A stretch of DNA of 64,000 nucleotides, taken from positions 50,716,001-50,780,000 of the forward strand of contig NC_043003.1 of assembly GCF_006345805.1 (NCBI RefSeq). The letters are read 5' to 3'. The notes under the pieces were generated by a model. It saw only the letters and a list, made by a program, of their open reading frames with translations, did no database searches and was not told the origin of the DNA. This document shows positions 12,895-26,330 of the stretch, one piece after another; within the stretch, counting starts at the first letter, position 1, and each line of letters begins with the position of its first letter. The translations under genes were made by a program, and so were the position numbers. The DNA comes from Octopus sinensis (lineage: Eukaryota).

Positions 12895-13093
12895 ATGACC
12901 TCGTGTGTACCGTTGGCAATTTTTTTTCCTCTGTCTTCCCTTCTCTGGATCTTTCCTTCTCCTATGTTTCCGACGAAGAGCTCCGCTCGAAACGTTAAAC
13001 CCTCCTTCTTTCCTTCTTTCCTGAACGTCAAATAATACTATATATCTGTTCCACGTCCTCGTGTTGTTGTGTTTTTTTTGTGCTTTCTTGTTT
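12895..13093 (+). mobile_element. Penelope-like element terminal repeat flanked by (TA)n
   Basis: CCGACGAAGAGCTCCGCTCGAAACGTT motif, pyrimidine tracts and CCTGAACGTCAAATAATAC. The architecture matches 39101..39293. Confidence 0.6.
12966..13000 (+). ncRNA. minimal type I hammerhead-ribozyme-like motif (U4C variant)
   Basis: GTTT-CCGACGA-A-GAGC(TCC)GCTC-GAAA-CG-TT-AAAC. Helix I is GTTT/AAAC, helix II is GAGC/GCTC, and helix III is palindromic AACGTT. Confidence 0.45.
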
Positions 13094-13103
13094 GGATTAA
13101 CTT

Positions 13104-13167
<64 letters not shown>

Positions 13168-13839
13168 CGCACATACAAAAACACATGCAGACATATACAT
13201 TACAGAAAGTATCAAATGCCTTTACCGCGTCATAGCCTCATGAGACCTGTTTCCCCAGATTCTATGGCGTGGAGTATTTTCCTTGGAGGGGAGTATTACC
13301 TTTGGAGTAGAGTATCCCACTCGGAGTGGAGTATTGTAGAACAATCCACTCTATATGTTAAAGGTTTAAGGAGATTGCAGGCTTAGAACTTACATAGTTT
13401 TTAAATCCAATATGTTGAATTTTAAAGCGAAAATTTTTACTAAAAGCAAGCATCTTAATAAGTTCCCACTAACCAATTGGAAAATACTACTGGATTAAGC
13501 ATTCATTCTCACAAACGTTACCCTTCCTCCGTCAAAATAACCGTTCCAGCTTTTGTTGCTACCTTCTCTTTTAGACCAAAGAGAAACACAACTCTTACAT
13601 CCATCCTTTCATGCATTTTTCTCGTCAGATTTTGTTATGTATTTTTTTCTTTCATCCTTACTTGTACTTGCTCGCTATTTCTCAGGTAGCAATCATGATC
13701 TTTCTTTTGTCACAAAGTCTGCCCAATGGTACACGGTACGTCATGCAAGCTAACCTAACTATATTACTCTTCTGAGTATGGAATTTCGGGTGTATGTATA
13801 TATATAAGTGTGATATTTCTGTACAAACCTTTCGAGTGT

Positions 13840-13875
<36 letters not shown>

Positions 13876-13971
13876 ATATATATACCAGTGTAATATTTGT
13901 ATACAAACTTCTAAGCGCCATTTCTTTCTCTTTATATATGTGTGTGTGTATGTATATATATATGTATATAT

Positions 13972-14013
<42 letters not shown>

Positions 14014-14213
14014 GGTGTGTGTGTGTGTGTGTGTGTTCACAATTGTCCTGTGAACGCTACTATATAAGTTCATTTGTGAAAATCTATAAGTGTAAACACT
14101 GTGGTATAAAAATATTTCATGTGCTTCAACGTGCTTGTGCACCTGTTTTCACGTTTAAGTTCACTCACAATTATACACACGGACGTACACACACACACAC
14201 ACACACACACCAC

Positions 14214-14259
<46 letters not shown>

Positions 14260-14777
14260 GGTTTAACAATTAAGGATAATCTCTTAATAAGGGATCTTAA
14301 CAAGAAATTATCGGGTAGCTAGCGTGAAAACCTCATAAAAGAAAAGAATTCGAAAATAATTTTTTTCCTTTTGAACAAATTAATTATATCTATATTGTAT
14401 AGAGGGCATTATTACACATAAATGCCTCACACTAGGAGGGACAAAGTCATTACTACCAAAATTATACTAATCATACCCAAATGCAGTTTTTCAAAGCAAG
14501 ACATTTAAAAAATGAATTTAGTTCTGTATCACCGTGATTTCACATTCAACTTACGTCTAATGGTCGTCAGCAGAACTGATTCTGAACACATCATAAATAA
14601 ACTACCAACCTTACGTAGCGAAGACGAACAGACAACTGCTCACTCCGGCCAAGCACATGGAATGTTTATAAATCATATATCCGGTAAATGGCGGGCTTTT
14701 ACGAACTGCATGTCGGCTTTTTACGAACTGCATGTGTAATAATGCCCTCTATACAATAATATATATATATATTATAT

Positions 14778-14841
<64 letters not shown>

Positions 14842-14947
14842 TATATATACAGACACCATACGCACAATTATATAGAGGTATACACATGTATACGTGTGTG
14901 AAGGAACACATCTGAATCTGTGAGTGTAGGTTTGGTATTTTCTTCTA

Positions 14948-16230
14948 CCAAGTCATCCCATAAGTAAAATGTTCGGATTCTAAATACGGAAAATAAATGA
15001 ACAAATCTTACAATTTAACAAAACTTAATCGTAAATATAGTTTCCATGATTATCTATGACATCTTTCCGTCTACTCGTAAGCCTTTTCATCTCATTAGTG
15101 AAAACCTCTTTTGATTTCGAAGAGAAGAACTCTGAAAAGTCAGTTTCGACTTACTCAGTTGTTTTGAGAGTTAATCCATTCAAATGATTCTATAAACTAC
15201 GGAACAAATGGTAATCTGAAGGAGCAAGGTTTGGGGAATAAGGCAGACGAGCAATTTTCTCCCAGTCAAGTTCCTCAATCTGACGTGATCTTTGTTCTGC
15301 AGGGTCTTGCATAGTCCTAATGAAATACAACTCCCTTTCGATTCGCTAAAACAAGCCTTTCTTTCTTTAAAACAGCGATCAAACGCTCCAATTGCTAACT
15401 GGAGATTTGAGCATTGATTGTTGCATTAGTTAGTAGCAACTCAATGGTGGATGACACCTTTGCAATCCCACCACACAGAGAGAAGAACCTTCTTTGCATG
15501 AAGTTCTCTTTTCGGTTGTGGTTGGGTCTTTTCCCCTTCACCAAGTCAATGTCTGCGACGCTTAACATTTTGATGAAATACCTATTTTTCATTACCAGTT
15601 ACGAGTCTGTCCTAGAGGGGTGAGATGGTTTCACGAGAACGCAGAGAAGGGCAGATGTCCACTCGGGATTTGCGGTTGACTTCAGACAAACCACGAGGCA
15701 CCGATTTTCTGAGTTTTGAGACTGTTCCAAGCTATTGAAGATGGCAGTGAACAGTTGTATGGCTTGAATGGGGCTTGCTTTCCAATTCTTCAACCGAAAC
15801 CTCATGATCTTTTTCAAGTTCTGTCAAATGGAGCTTGTCACCAAACACAAAGGGCCGTCTTGTTCGGGGCTCATCTTCAAGGCTGAAATCTCACTTCTGA
15901 ATTTTACAACCATCTTTTGCAAGCTCTTTCATTCAGGCACTCTTCTTCATAAGCCGAGTGAATATTTCGAGTCGCTTCAGCGGCAGAGTTCCATTTTTCA
16001 AACTCATACAGCATAATGTAACTCACAGTTCCTTAGACACTCACATGTTTGAAGAGCTATAATTAATGAAATTTGAATTATATTATCCTGCAAATTGAAA
16101 TTTAATTAGTTTGAATATGTCCAAATACATACAAATATTACATGATGACAGTAGACATTGTAAAATATCATTAAAGCATTTACAAGTTGAAAATAAGAGA
16201 AGTCCGTACATTACTTATGGAATGACCTGA
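14948..16230 (-). mobile_element. full-length mariner transposon with dead transposase (CDS about 15025..16046)
   Basis: Imperfect TIRs CCAAGTCATCCCATAAGTAAAATGTTCGGA and revcomp TCAGGTCATTCCATAAGTAATGTACGGA, TA on both sides, ~1.28 kb. Motifs DRLVTGNEK, KVLLSVWWDCKG and YSPNLAPSDYHLF are present, with many stops and frameshifts. Confidence 0.92.
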
Positions 16231-16300
16231 TATATGCATACACACACATAAATATATACATACATACATACACACATACATACATATATACATACATACA

Positions 16301-16332
<32 letters not shown>

Positions 16333-16333
16333 C

Positions 16334-16370
<37 letters not shown>

Positions 16371-16690
16371 CACCTTTCAAGATATGCTTCCTCATCATCA
16401 TACAGTCATCAGAGATTTTTTAATATAAAAATATAAAATGAGACCAAGCTAAGTCTAGGATATCATATTTGTGTGTACGTGTGTGTGTTTGAGTCTCTGT
16501 GTATAGATGTATGTATATATTAAAGTTTGTATATACAAAAGTAGCTTTTGATCACATATTTAAAATAGGAAATAATACCACATGTACTTGTAGAATATAG
16601 AAAAGTAAAGTATACCACAGATGTAAAACACATCCAAACACACGATCGTCAAAGTAAACAACAATATCAATATTTACATAAGTTATAAAT

Positions 16691-16745
<55 letters not shown>

Positions 16746-16795
16746 CATAGATAGATAGATAGATATACTCACACGCACGCATATACGCACACATG

Positions 16796-16870
<75 letters not shown>

Positions 16871-16900
16871 TATATATATATCTGCATATAAACGTATACA

Positions 16901-16945
<45 letters not shown>

Positions 16946-17000
16946 GTATATATATATATATATGTATATATATGTGTATATATGTGTATATATGTGTATA

Positions 17001-17047
<47 letters not shown>

Positions 17048-17224
17048 TATTTATTTATTTATCTGAAATGAATTGCGAACTTTTTATTTTTAATTCGGTA
17101 TTAATGTATGAGTATGCTACTTCATATCCGCATCGAGAAGCAGTTTTTGTATATAATCATTTATTATAGTGTAGGTGTCTGCATATACGTAATATGATAG
17201 ATAGATAGATAGATAGATAGATAG

Positions 17225-17273
<49 letters not shown>

Positions 17274-17622
17274 TGTTTGTGTGTGAGCGTGTGTTTATAT
17301 GCGTATGTGATCTCATGGGCTAACATATGTGCTAACATTCTATCTTAAATATATGCATGCAATTTGTAAATTGAATTATAAGCGTTAATTCGTATATTGA
17401 CAATAGAAAATAGTATAATATTAAAGCATATACGCCCCCGTAGCCTTCGTCATATATTGACTGTAGTAAATAGTTAAATATCAGAGCAGTTAAGTCCCCG
17501 TTTCGGGTTCAGTGCCACTGATTATTTCTATATGCAATATGTTTCTATATGCAATTTGAATTAAACTTATATATTGTGTAAATAAACTTCTTATATTATC
17601 ATCACCACCCAATCCTAGTGAA

Positions 17623-17953
17623 GGCGCATGGCTCAGTGATTAGAGCGTCGAGCTTACGATCGTGAGGTTCTGAGTTCGAATCCCAGACCGGACTGTGTGT
17701 TGTGTGTTCTTAAGCAAGACGCTTTTATTTCACGTGGCTCCAGTTCACTCAGCTGCCAAGCTGTATCGTTGCTCCAGTTCACAGCTATATCGGCGTTTGC
17801 CTTTCCTTTGGATAACACTAGTGGCGTGGAGAGGGTAGGCCGGTATGCATGGGCGACTGCTTGTCTTCCATAAACAACCTTGCCCGGCCTTGTGCCTGGG
17901 AGGATAACTTTCTAGGTGCAATCCCATGGTCATTCATGACCGAAGGGGTTCTC
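17623..17953 (+). mobile_element. tRNA-derived SINE with RTE-like 3' tail
   Basis: A-box-like GGCTCAGTGATTAGAGCG and B-box-like GAGTTCGAATCCC. Tail CCCATGGTCATTCATGACCGAAGGGG. Confidence 0.75.
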
Positions 17954-18197
17954 AACTTGCAACCCAATCCCGACACTTTTTAGGATCATCACACACTATA
18001 TACTGCATAGAAGGTTATCATCAATGAACATCTTTCCAGTCTATTTCCAGTATTGAAAATTTAAAAATAGTATTGGTGTTCTTTGTATATATCTTGCTGA
18101 TATTTTCAACTTGAATATGTTCTTTAAAGACAAGTACAATCTCTTTGTCTCCTAGAGTTGAACAGTAAAAGAAAGGTAATATTTTGGACTTGTATAA

Positions 18198-18352
18198 GGC
18201 GGCGAGCTTGCAGAATCGTTACAGCACCGAACAAAATTCTTCGCATGATTTAGTCCGTTTTCACGTTCTGAGTTCAAATTGTGCCGAAGTTCATTTTGCT
18301 GTTGATGATGTAATCGATTTACCCTTTCCCCACAAATTACTGGCCAATATTG
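18198..18352 (+). mobile_element. family A SINE, degenerate 5' part
   Basis: GGCGGCGAGCTTGCAGAATCGTTA...GTTCTGAGTTCAAATTG. Confidence 0.7.
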
Positions 18353-18619
18353 GAAACCAGTATTTTAGACTTACATAGCAACATCAGCCACAAAAACCAA
18401 AGCTGTGACAGACTTTGGCAATATGGAATCATAGGAGACATCGTTGGTGATAGATAGATATGATACAGATAGATAGATATGATAAAGTAATCTAAAATAA
18501 TCTAAAACAAGCAAATTATTTACATAAGCATGCATACGTAATATGCACATACATATTTACACAATGATGTATTCATACATATACATATTCTTACACTCTT
18601 TTATTCACACATTTATACA

Positions 18620-18833
18620 TGCAGATATTCATATACATATATACACACATACATACATACATGCATACATTCTTACCTACATACGTACATGCATGCATAC
18701 ATACATACATACATACATACATACATACAGACATACATACAGACATACATACATACATACATACATACATACATACATACATACATACATACATACATAC
18801 AGACATACATACAGACATACATACATACATACA

Positions 18834-18867
<34 letters not shown>

Positions 18868-18868
18868 C
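18620..18868. repeat. (CATA)n microsatellite
   Basis: Directly visible. Confidence 0.97.
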
Positions 18869-19547
18869 AGACAATTTGATATTTCATTATTTGATATCCC
18901 AGATCAAATATCTACAAAGACATATAATCACAGTAGATCAATCTGTATCAACCAACTGCTCTACAAACAAGTAAAATTAAATATGAAGAAAAAAAAAGCT
19001 AGAAAAAAGAAAAAAACCACCACTAAAGATGGCATTCAAGAACGGTCTTAATTACGAGAGTTAAAAGAGAGGAACAAAGAATGAAAACTTGATCTGCATT
19101 TCCAGACAAGAAATTCCATCAAATTTCCTCCCAAGTCTTTGAAAATCGTTTTCAGAGACATTTAATATGTAACTGATTCCCTTAATCCATCGCTTAAACG
19201 TTTCCCTCGACTGACTTACTGTGAAATGTTGACATTACACATGGATACACTCTACTGCTGTTACAAGAGTACTTTCCATCGATTAGTTCTTGCTGTTGTT
19301 TCTCTCGTTGTTGGTCTTGTTGTTGTTGTTGAATTTACTAGTGGTGGCGATGGTGACGGTGGTGTTAATAGTGGTGTTAGTGGTGGTGGTGGTATTTAAA
19401 CTTGATTGAGCAGACATAATCAAAACCATACTAGCTGAGACCTAACATGTCTTTTGATATTACTTAGTGGGACATGGTTTGAGGGAGATGTAGCTGCTAT
19501 CCCCAGCAGGATGTTGTCGCTGCTCCTATTACTGTTGTTGCCGTTGT

Positions 19548-19553
19548 TTGTAT

Positions 19554-19606
<53 letters not shown>

Positions 19607-19830
19607 GGTGGTGGCGGTGGTGATGAGGTCGTGCAAGCGACAATATGGCTCGTAATCCAGTTTTATTTTCCCGAGAGAGGGAATGAGAGAGAGAGAGAGA
19701 AAGAGAGAGAGAAACAGAAAAAGAGAGACAGAGACACAGAGAAAGAGACAGACAGACAGAAAGAAAGAGAAAGAGAGGATGACAAACAGACAGAGAGAGA
19801 GAGAGACAGACAGAAACAGATAGTCAGATA
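19548..19830. repeat. (GTT)n/(GGT)n followed by (GA)/(GACA)-rich low complexity
   Basis: Directly visible. It explains ORF 19454..19831. Confidence 0.95.
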
Positions 19831-20347
19831 GTCAGACATAATGCCGCTAGAGCTATTGAGCAATGTATGATTCCTACAAAACATTAATTTCCACTCCGCA
19901 TTAAATTAGTCCTAAATGATTCTCCACTGAGTAGAATTATCATTAGCAGTATTCTAGCTGTGACTTTTCGGTCTATTTTGCAAATACACCGCACGTAGTG
20001 CACTCTCTATCTTGTCATGCAACGTAGCCTTCTTTTCTAATAGAGTGGAAAATTTGATAGTCATTCATTCATATTTTTAGCAGATCTAGCAAACAACATA
20101 TAGATTAGTTTCCTTCCAGGTCATATCACGCGACATTAAACAATAACTGAGCAATAGGTAAGCCAAAATTCGCAATGCAAGCTTTTTTGGCGTTTGAAGC
20201 CTCTTAATGTCTTGTGCTCTGAGGATTCAAGTCTTGTACTTATTATGTGAGAGAGTAATACTCTGATTGGCAAAGGTAACATGCCGGACTAGATGCTTTC
20301 CAACATTTATTTTCGTTCTTTTTTGCATCGGTCACTAATCTCGCAGA

Positions 20348-20665
20348 GGCACAATGGCCCAGTGAATAGAGCAGCGAACTCGCGGTCGGAATATCGCGGT
20401 TTCGATTCAGAGACCGGGCGTTGTGTGTGTTTATTGAGCGAAAACACCTAAAGCTCCACGAGGCTCCGGCAGGGGAGGGGGTGGCGACCCCTGCTGTACT
20501 CTTTCGCCCCAACTTTCTCTCACTCTTTCTTCCTGTTTCTTGAGTAAAGCTGCGATGGACTGGCGTCCCGTCCAGCTGGGGGGGAACACATAGAAACGAC
20601 ATAGAAACCAGGAAACCGGGCCCATGAACCTGACTAGGCTTGAAAAGGGTGCATAAATAATAAAT
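20348..20665 (+). mobile_element. tRNA-derived SINE with V-domain-like core
   Basis: Head GGCACAATGGCCCAGTGAATAGAGC...GGTTTCGATTC. Core CTGCGATGGACTGGCGTCCCGTCCAG. A-rich tail. Confidence 0.7.
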
Positions 20666-21086
20666 AACTAATCTCGTACTTGGTGTGTTGAAGGAATATC
20701 GTCTATATCCAAACCTAAATGTCCTCGAGATCCAGGCCAGTTGGATTGGACTGAGCTGGTATCTGAGGGCAAACGTGACAAAGTTAACAGATACGATATG
20801 AACTTTGCGCGCACATTATACGGTACTCAATTTTGATTCTTGTTGGAGTCAACTGATTTCGTTTATAAGCCCGCGCCCCCAAGGGAAATGTGTACACGTC
20901 ACAACTTCCCATTTCCACGTTTCCCTAAATGTAAAAACTCATAATCGTGATGGGTGGTTGCTCTTTTCACTTTATATCTTTTATTCCGCACCCATTTCCT
21001 TATATACCATTTACTAGTCTCCTTCCAAACATACACGCACACACACACACCCGTTCCTCTATGGATATATATTTATATTTGTCTGA

Positions 21087-21149
<63 letters not shown>

Positions 21150-21473
21150 CGTGTGAGTATGCTTACCTAAGTGCATGTGTGGGTACGCACGTGTAAGAAA
21201 CTGAGAGAAAAAGGCAGAGGAAGAGAAACCAAGAGAAAGAAAAAGAGAAAGTGGAGGAAAGGAAGGCAAAGATACCTTTACCTTCCCACCAACATACTCC
21301 GTATTTTCCGGATTGTCTTTTATGTGTGTGTGTGCTTGTGCGTGCGTGTATGTAGGGGGTATGTATGCATAAACACACATTCATACATGTATATATATAT
21401 ATATATATGTTGTGCGAATATATGTACACACCCCATATGTATATATCTATGCGTGTGCATATGTGTGTGTGTT

Positions 21474-21513
<40 letters not shown>

Positions 21514-21622
21514 GCTATATATGTATGTGTGTGTACATATGTTTGTTTATATGTGTATACATATGTATATATATATATGTGTGTCTGTGTGTGTGCGCGT
21601 GTATGTATGTATGTATGTATGT

Positions 21623-21623
<1 letters not shown>

Positions 21624-21716
<93 letters not shown>
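21624..21716. repeat. (GATA)n microsatellite within a TA/TG-rich tract
   Basis: Directly visible. Confidence 0.95.
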
Positions 21717-22220
21717 CTACCCATACACACATGCACACAGAGAAACTCACGTGCGTACGCATATACATATACGTATGGAACATGTACTTTTATGCATATT
21801 TTATTTATTCTATTCAAAGTTTTTATGTACGTTTTTATTTATTTATCTATTTATTTATATTTTGATTCAATGCAGGGATGTGTGGAGGCGGAATAAGACT
21901 GTGATGTGGTGTTACGTGGAGAAAGAAACTTCACCTCTAAACTGAAGATTCTGAAGATAAGAAGTTAAAAGCAGAAAGAGAAGTGTGTGTGTCAATAAGG
22001 ACAGTATCTTTAAACAGCTGCAGGATGCATATTGAGAACAGGATTATAAGATTTATGGTATAGATATGAGAATAACAGAATGGTTAGTGTTATTTCCAGT
22101 GTTTGTTATTAACTTCATCAGAATGCAAGTTTCTTTCTTTTCTAATTTGTTTACGGTGTGTGTTTTGGCTGTTAATGATGGTGATGATAATAATAATAAT
22201 AATAATAGTAATAATGATAA

Positions 22221-22427
22221 TAATCCTTTCTAGCGTAGCACAAGGACTGAAATTTCGGTGAGGAGATAAGTTTATTACTGGTACTTAATTTATCGACCCC
22301 GAAAGGATGAAAAGCAAAGTTGACCATGGCAGAATTTCAACTCAGAACGAGCAGACACACGAAATGCCGCAAAGTATTTTTCCGGGCGTGCTAACGCTTC
22401 TGCCTGCTCACCGCCTTAATAATAATG

Positions 22428-22463
<36 letters not shown>

Positions 22464-22717
22464 TAATAATAATAATAATAATAATAAATCCTTTTTATTA
22501 TAAAGCACAAGGCCTGAAGTTTTGGGGGAGGGGACTAGTTGATTGCATCGACCCTAGAATTCCACTGGTATTTAATTTATCAACCCCGAAACGACTAAAG
22601 GCAAAGTCGACCTCGGCAGAATTTGAACTCACAACTTAGCGTCAGGCGAAAAACCGCTAAGTACTTTGTTCAGAGTGCTAACGATTCTCCCAACTCGCCG
22701 TCTTAATAATAATAATA

Positions 22718-22759
<42 letters not shown>

Positions 22760-22985
22760 ATGATAATAATAATAATTTCAAATTTTGCCACAAGAGCAGC
22801 CATTTTGGGGGAGGGGATAAGATGATGTCATCGACCCCAGTACACAGCTGGTCATTACTGTATTGACCCCAAAAGGATGAAAGTAAAGTCGACCTCGGCG
22901 GAATTTCAACTCAAAACATGAAGACGGACGAAATACCGCTAAGCATTTTACCCGGTGTGCTAACGATCTGCCAGCCACCGCCTTA
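22221..22985 (-). mobile_element. three family A SINEs separated by (TAA)/(ATT) tracts
   Basis: The family A core appears three times. The (TAA)n tracts correspond to SINE tails. Confidence 0.85.
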
Positions 22986-22986
22986 A

Positions 22987-23046
<60 letters not shown>

Positions 23047-23128
23047 AGCTACTACTACTACTACAGCTACTACTACTGCTACTACTGCTACTACTAATAC
23101 TAATAATAATAATAATAATAATAATAAT

Positions 23129-23615
23129 GTACATTGTTTTGTCTTGGTATAAAAGATGGGCTACAGCAAATATTCTGCTCAATACCACAGGTTTGCTTGT
23201 CAGTTGTTTGACCTTAACCAGTTGAGCATGTCCCTTAGTGGCTGACGATATGTGCATCTCTGATCACGAGCAGAAGTAGTGGGGGAGCATCATGGCCATG
23301 TGTTGAGAGGGATTCTTTGGAGTTTGAATGGTTCACCTCTGGAAACATAGGTGTTTCGTTCAACATCCTAAAGCAACCCTTATTCAGGGACCGTTTGAGC
23401 AGGATGGGCTACTCAACCTGAAGAAAATTCTAACTGGGCCCCACCTGCAAGGTCATGTGTTGTTTATCTTGATATGAGATCACCATGTCGCGCACATATG
23501 GTTGTGATGCATGTGCCTGGTGTACCTTTATCAGACGGGTAGTCATGATGGGTATATTGGGCTTCGTATATTTTACCCCAGTGTCACTTTGATGGCATGA
23601 ACTGCTCTCTCACTC
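23129..23615 (+). mobile_element. ~490-bp non-coding element bounded by (TAA)n on both sides (putative R4/Dong-type 3' UTR or dependent element)
   Basis: Unique sequence with sharp borders inside a (TAA)n tract. No ORF. Family assignment is by context only. Confidence 0.5.
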
Positions 23616-23643
23616 AATAATAATAATAATAATAATAATAATA

Positions 23644-23957
23644 GGGAACCGAAAATCATATGAGAATGATCCCTGGCTTACCATCCCTGCAAGAAGTGCA
23701 AAAGATTGTCTTAACTGGTACATCACACGTATTGAGAAGAGCATTGTCGTGAAAACTGTTACTGCTCATGAAAACTGTGAAAACTGTTGCTGCTCATGTA
23801 TTTTAATTTAACTTAAAAAAAAAAATTAATAAATAAATTACCGAACTACTGAGTTTGGTTTAATGGCCTACCAATGTATACTATGAGTTTCTTTGCCCTA
23901 GGAGTCGGGAAGACACTCGGCAAGAAATGGAAGCAAATTTGAAAGAAGAAAAAAAAG
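23644..23957 (+). mobile_element. 5'-truncated R4/Dong-like non-LTR retrotransposon 3' end in (TAA)n
   Basis: 23645..23752 reads GTENHMRMIPGLPSLQEVQKIVLTGTSHVLRRALS*, like the R4/Dong ORF end (LQKIVLLGTAHILR). It is followed by a UTR, an A-tract and (TAA)n. Confidence 0.75.
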
Positions 23958-25104
23958 TAATAATAATAATAATAATAATGATAATAACAATAATAAGAAT
24001 AATAACAACAACAGAGAGTAGTCGATTACATTGACTCCAGTACCTGACGGGTATCGATTCAAGAGGGATGAAACACAAAGTTGTTCGACTAAAGTCAGTG
24101 CTCCAGCATGAACGCAGTCAAATGACTGAAAGAAATGAAAGACTGTCAGGTGACTGCTTTAAATTCTCTCGACTTCATTAACTATGAATGCGAACTTTTA
24201 CACCCACAGAAGATGCATTAGTACTAAACGATGATACATACTTAGAAGGTAATTGTTTCAAACAAAAAAGGAAAAAAATGAAAAGTCTGAAGAAATTACT
24301 CACTTTGCCCCACCCGTATCTTATTTAAGACGAGAATTCGCAGAATTCTCGAAGCGCCGGTAAAAAATACTTTGTGGAATAAATTCCGTCGAGGTCAACT
24401 TTCCATTTTATCATGTCGATAAAGAAGTGATTCAATAAATTAATGTAGAAGCCAATAAGTACAGATGTTGATGATTTTGACTAGCCGCTCTCCACTCAGT
24501 ATTACTAACCTTGTGTCGAAATCGAACTCAATTACCTTTACTGTCTTTCACTTCCCAGATCCTGCTCTGAACACTTCTGCCAAATTATTCCTATTGGGAA
24601 CTGTATTCCCTTGGAATTCTCTCTTTGCTGGTGTTGTTTGCTTGCAGACTTCAAATTATAGAAGTTGAAACTGAATATTAAATCAAAACTTCACCAGTAA
24701 AGGAATGATGTAAATGCATATAGAAAACTACAGAAAAACCAACATGAACAATAACATTCAACATTGTCAGAAGCAATAGAGGACCTCCGTCGTAGGACGG
24801 CGAGGATTCATTTGTTAGACCAACTGAATAACCTGCACTTGAAATTACGCGTAATTGGTTGAATATTCCAGAGACGCGTATATCCCAAACATAATTTTTA
24901 GGCAGAATCTTTTGAATTACATATATGATACTATAACCTAAGGATATATGAAAATGACATTCACCAAGCATAACATATGCTCCGGAATAGAACTCAGCTC
25001 CTCTCGGACGCAAAGCAAACTTCTTAACCATGTCTACATCAACAGCAATAATATAGCTTCATAATATGCCTACATCAGCAGCAGTAATATACCTACATCA
25101 GCAG

Positions 25105-25290
25105 CAATAATAGAGTTCCAAATTTTGGTACAATGCCAGAATTTTTAAAGCAGATAGAGATAATCGATTACGTGGACCCAAGTGCATAACTGGTATTTAT
25201 TTCATTAACACCGAAAGGATGGAAGGCAAAGTCGACGTCGACAGAATTTGAACTCAGAACTTAAGTTGGAAATAATGCCGCTAAGTATTT
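25105..25290 (-). mobile_element. family A SINE
   Basis: CCGAAAGGATGGAAGGCAAAGTCGACGTCGACAGAATTTGAACTCAGAAC. Confidence 0.75.
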
Positions 25291-26058
25291 AGTCTATGCA
25301 TATAAACTATGAATAATTGGCCTACATTTGTCCTATTTTAAAGTCAGTTCGGTGTTATTTGCCTGCTACTTCTAGCAGGTCGAGCGATTAAATACACGAT
25401 CCCTCGTTGATATTTCGCGTTATTTCGTACAAGCTATCACAGCATTGTTGTATGATTAAGTTCGGTTCTCAGTCACGTGGTTTTGGGTTCAATCTCACGA
25501 CGTGACATCTTAGTTATTGTCTTTCCTCTATAGCTCTGGGTAACCAAAGAATTATGCGAGAATGGGAAAGATGGGAATTGTGTAGGAGCCCTTCCTATAT
25601 ACATACGTACATACATGCATGCATACGTGTGTACATGTATGGATGTGTGCACGTGTTTATGAATTATATATATATATATACATGTGTGTATATATATATA
25701 TATATATATGTATGTATATATATATATATAAAAAATAAATAAATAAATAAAATAATAATAATAATATATATATATATATATATTTAAAATTTATAACTTT
25801 AAATTATTAATTTAAATAATTTCTTAAATTTTTACTTTAATTTCAATATTTTAATTTTGAATTTTATATTTTATATATTTTTTATTAATTAATTTTATTT
25901 CTATGTATTAGTTTATGATTTTCACTGTTTAATTTGCCTAATAGTGGTTTTATCTCTAATTTGATATAATATATATATATATATGCATATATACATACGT
26001 GTATGTACAGACTTACATCTATATATATATATATATATTATATATATATATATATATA

Positions 26059-26094
<36 letters not shown>

Positions 26095-26330
26095 TATGTG
26101 GGCACAGGACGTCACGAAATGTGTACAACAAAAAAATACGAAGTACGAGTACATGGAATATGAACTATTTTTTCGAATAACGAAAGACACAAATGGAAAA
26201 CAAGACAAACAACATAAAGAAAGATCCTTCATCAGTTGTTGGCTGTTTTTCTACTCTTGTATTTTGAGAATTTAACAACAATATATGCTTTCGATAAAAC
26301 AGTTGCTCCCGCAAAGCAAATTAACTAAAA
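26095..26330 (-). mobile_element. possible Penelope-like terminal repeat next to (TA)n
   Basis: The minus strand has CAACTGATGAAGGATC followed by pyrimidine-rich tracts ending in (TA)n. It resembles the other PLE-like ends. Confidence 0.35.

Noticed and set aside
17365-17612. Possible solo LTR (TGT start, AATAAA near the end)
   Set aside because: There is no matching TSD, no clear CA terminus and no second copy in the window.
17623-17700. tRNA genes (also at 20348, 27110, 42423)
   Set aside because: A/B-box-like heads continue into SINE bodies and tails, and no complete cloverleaf is evident.
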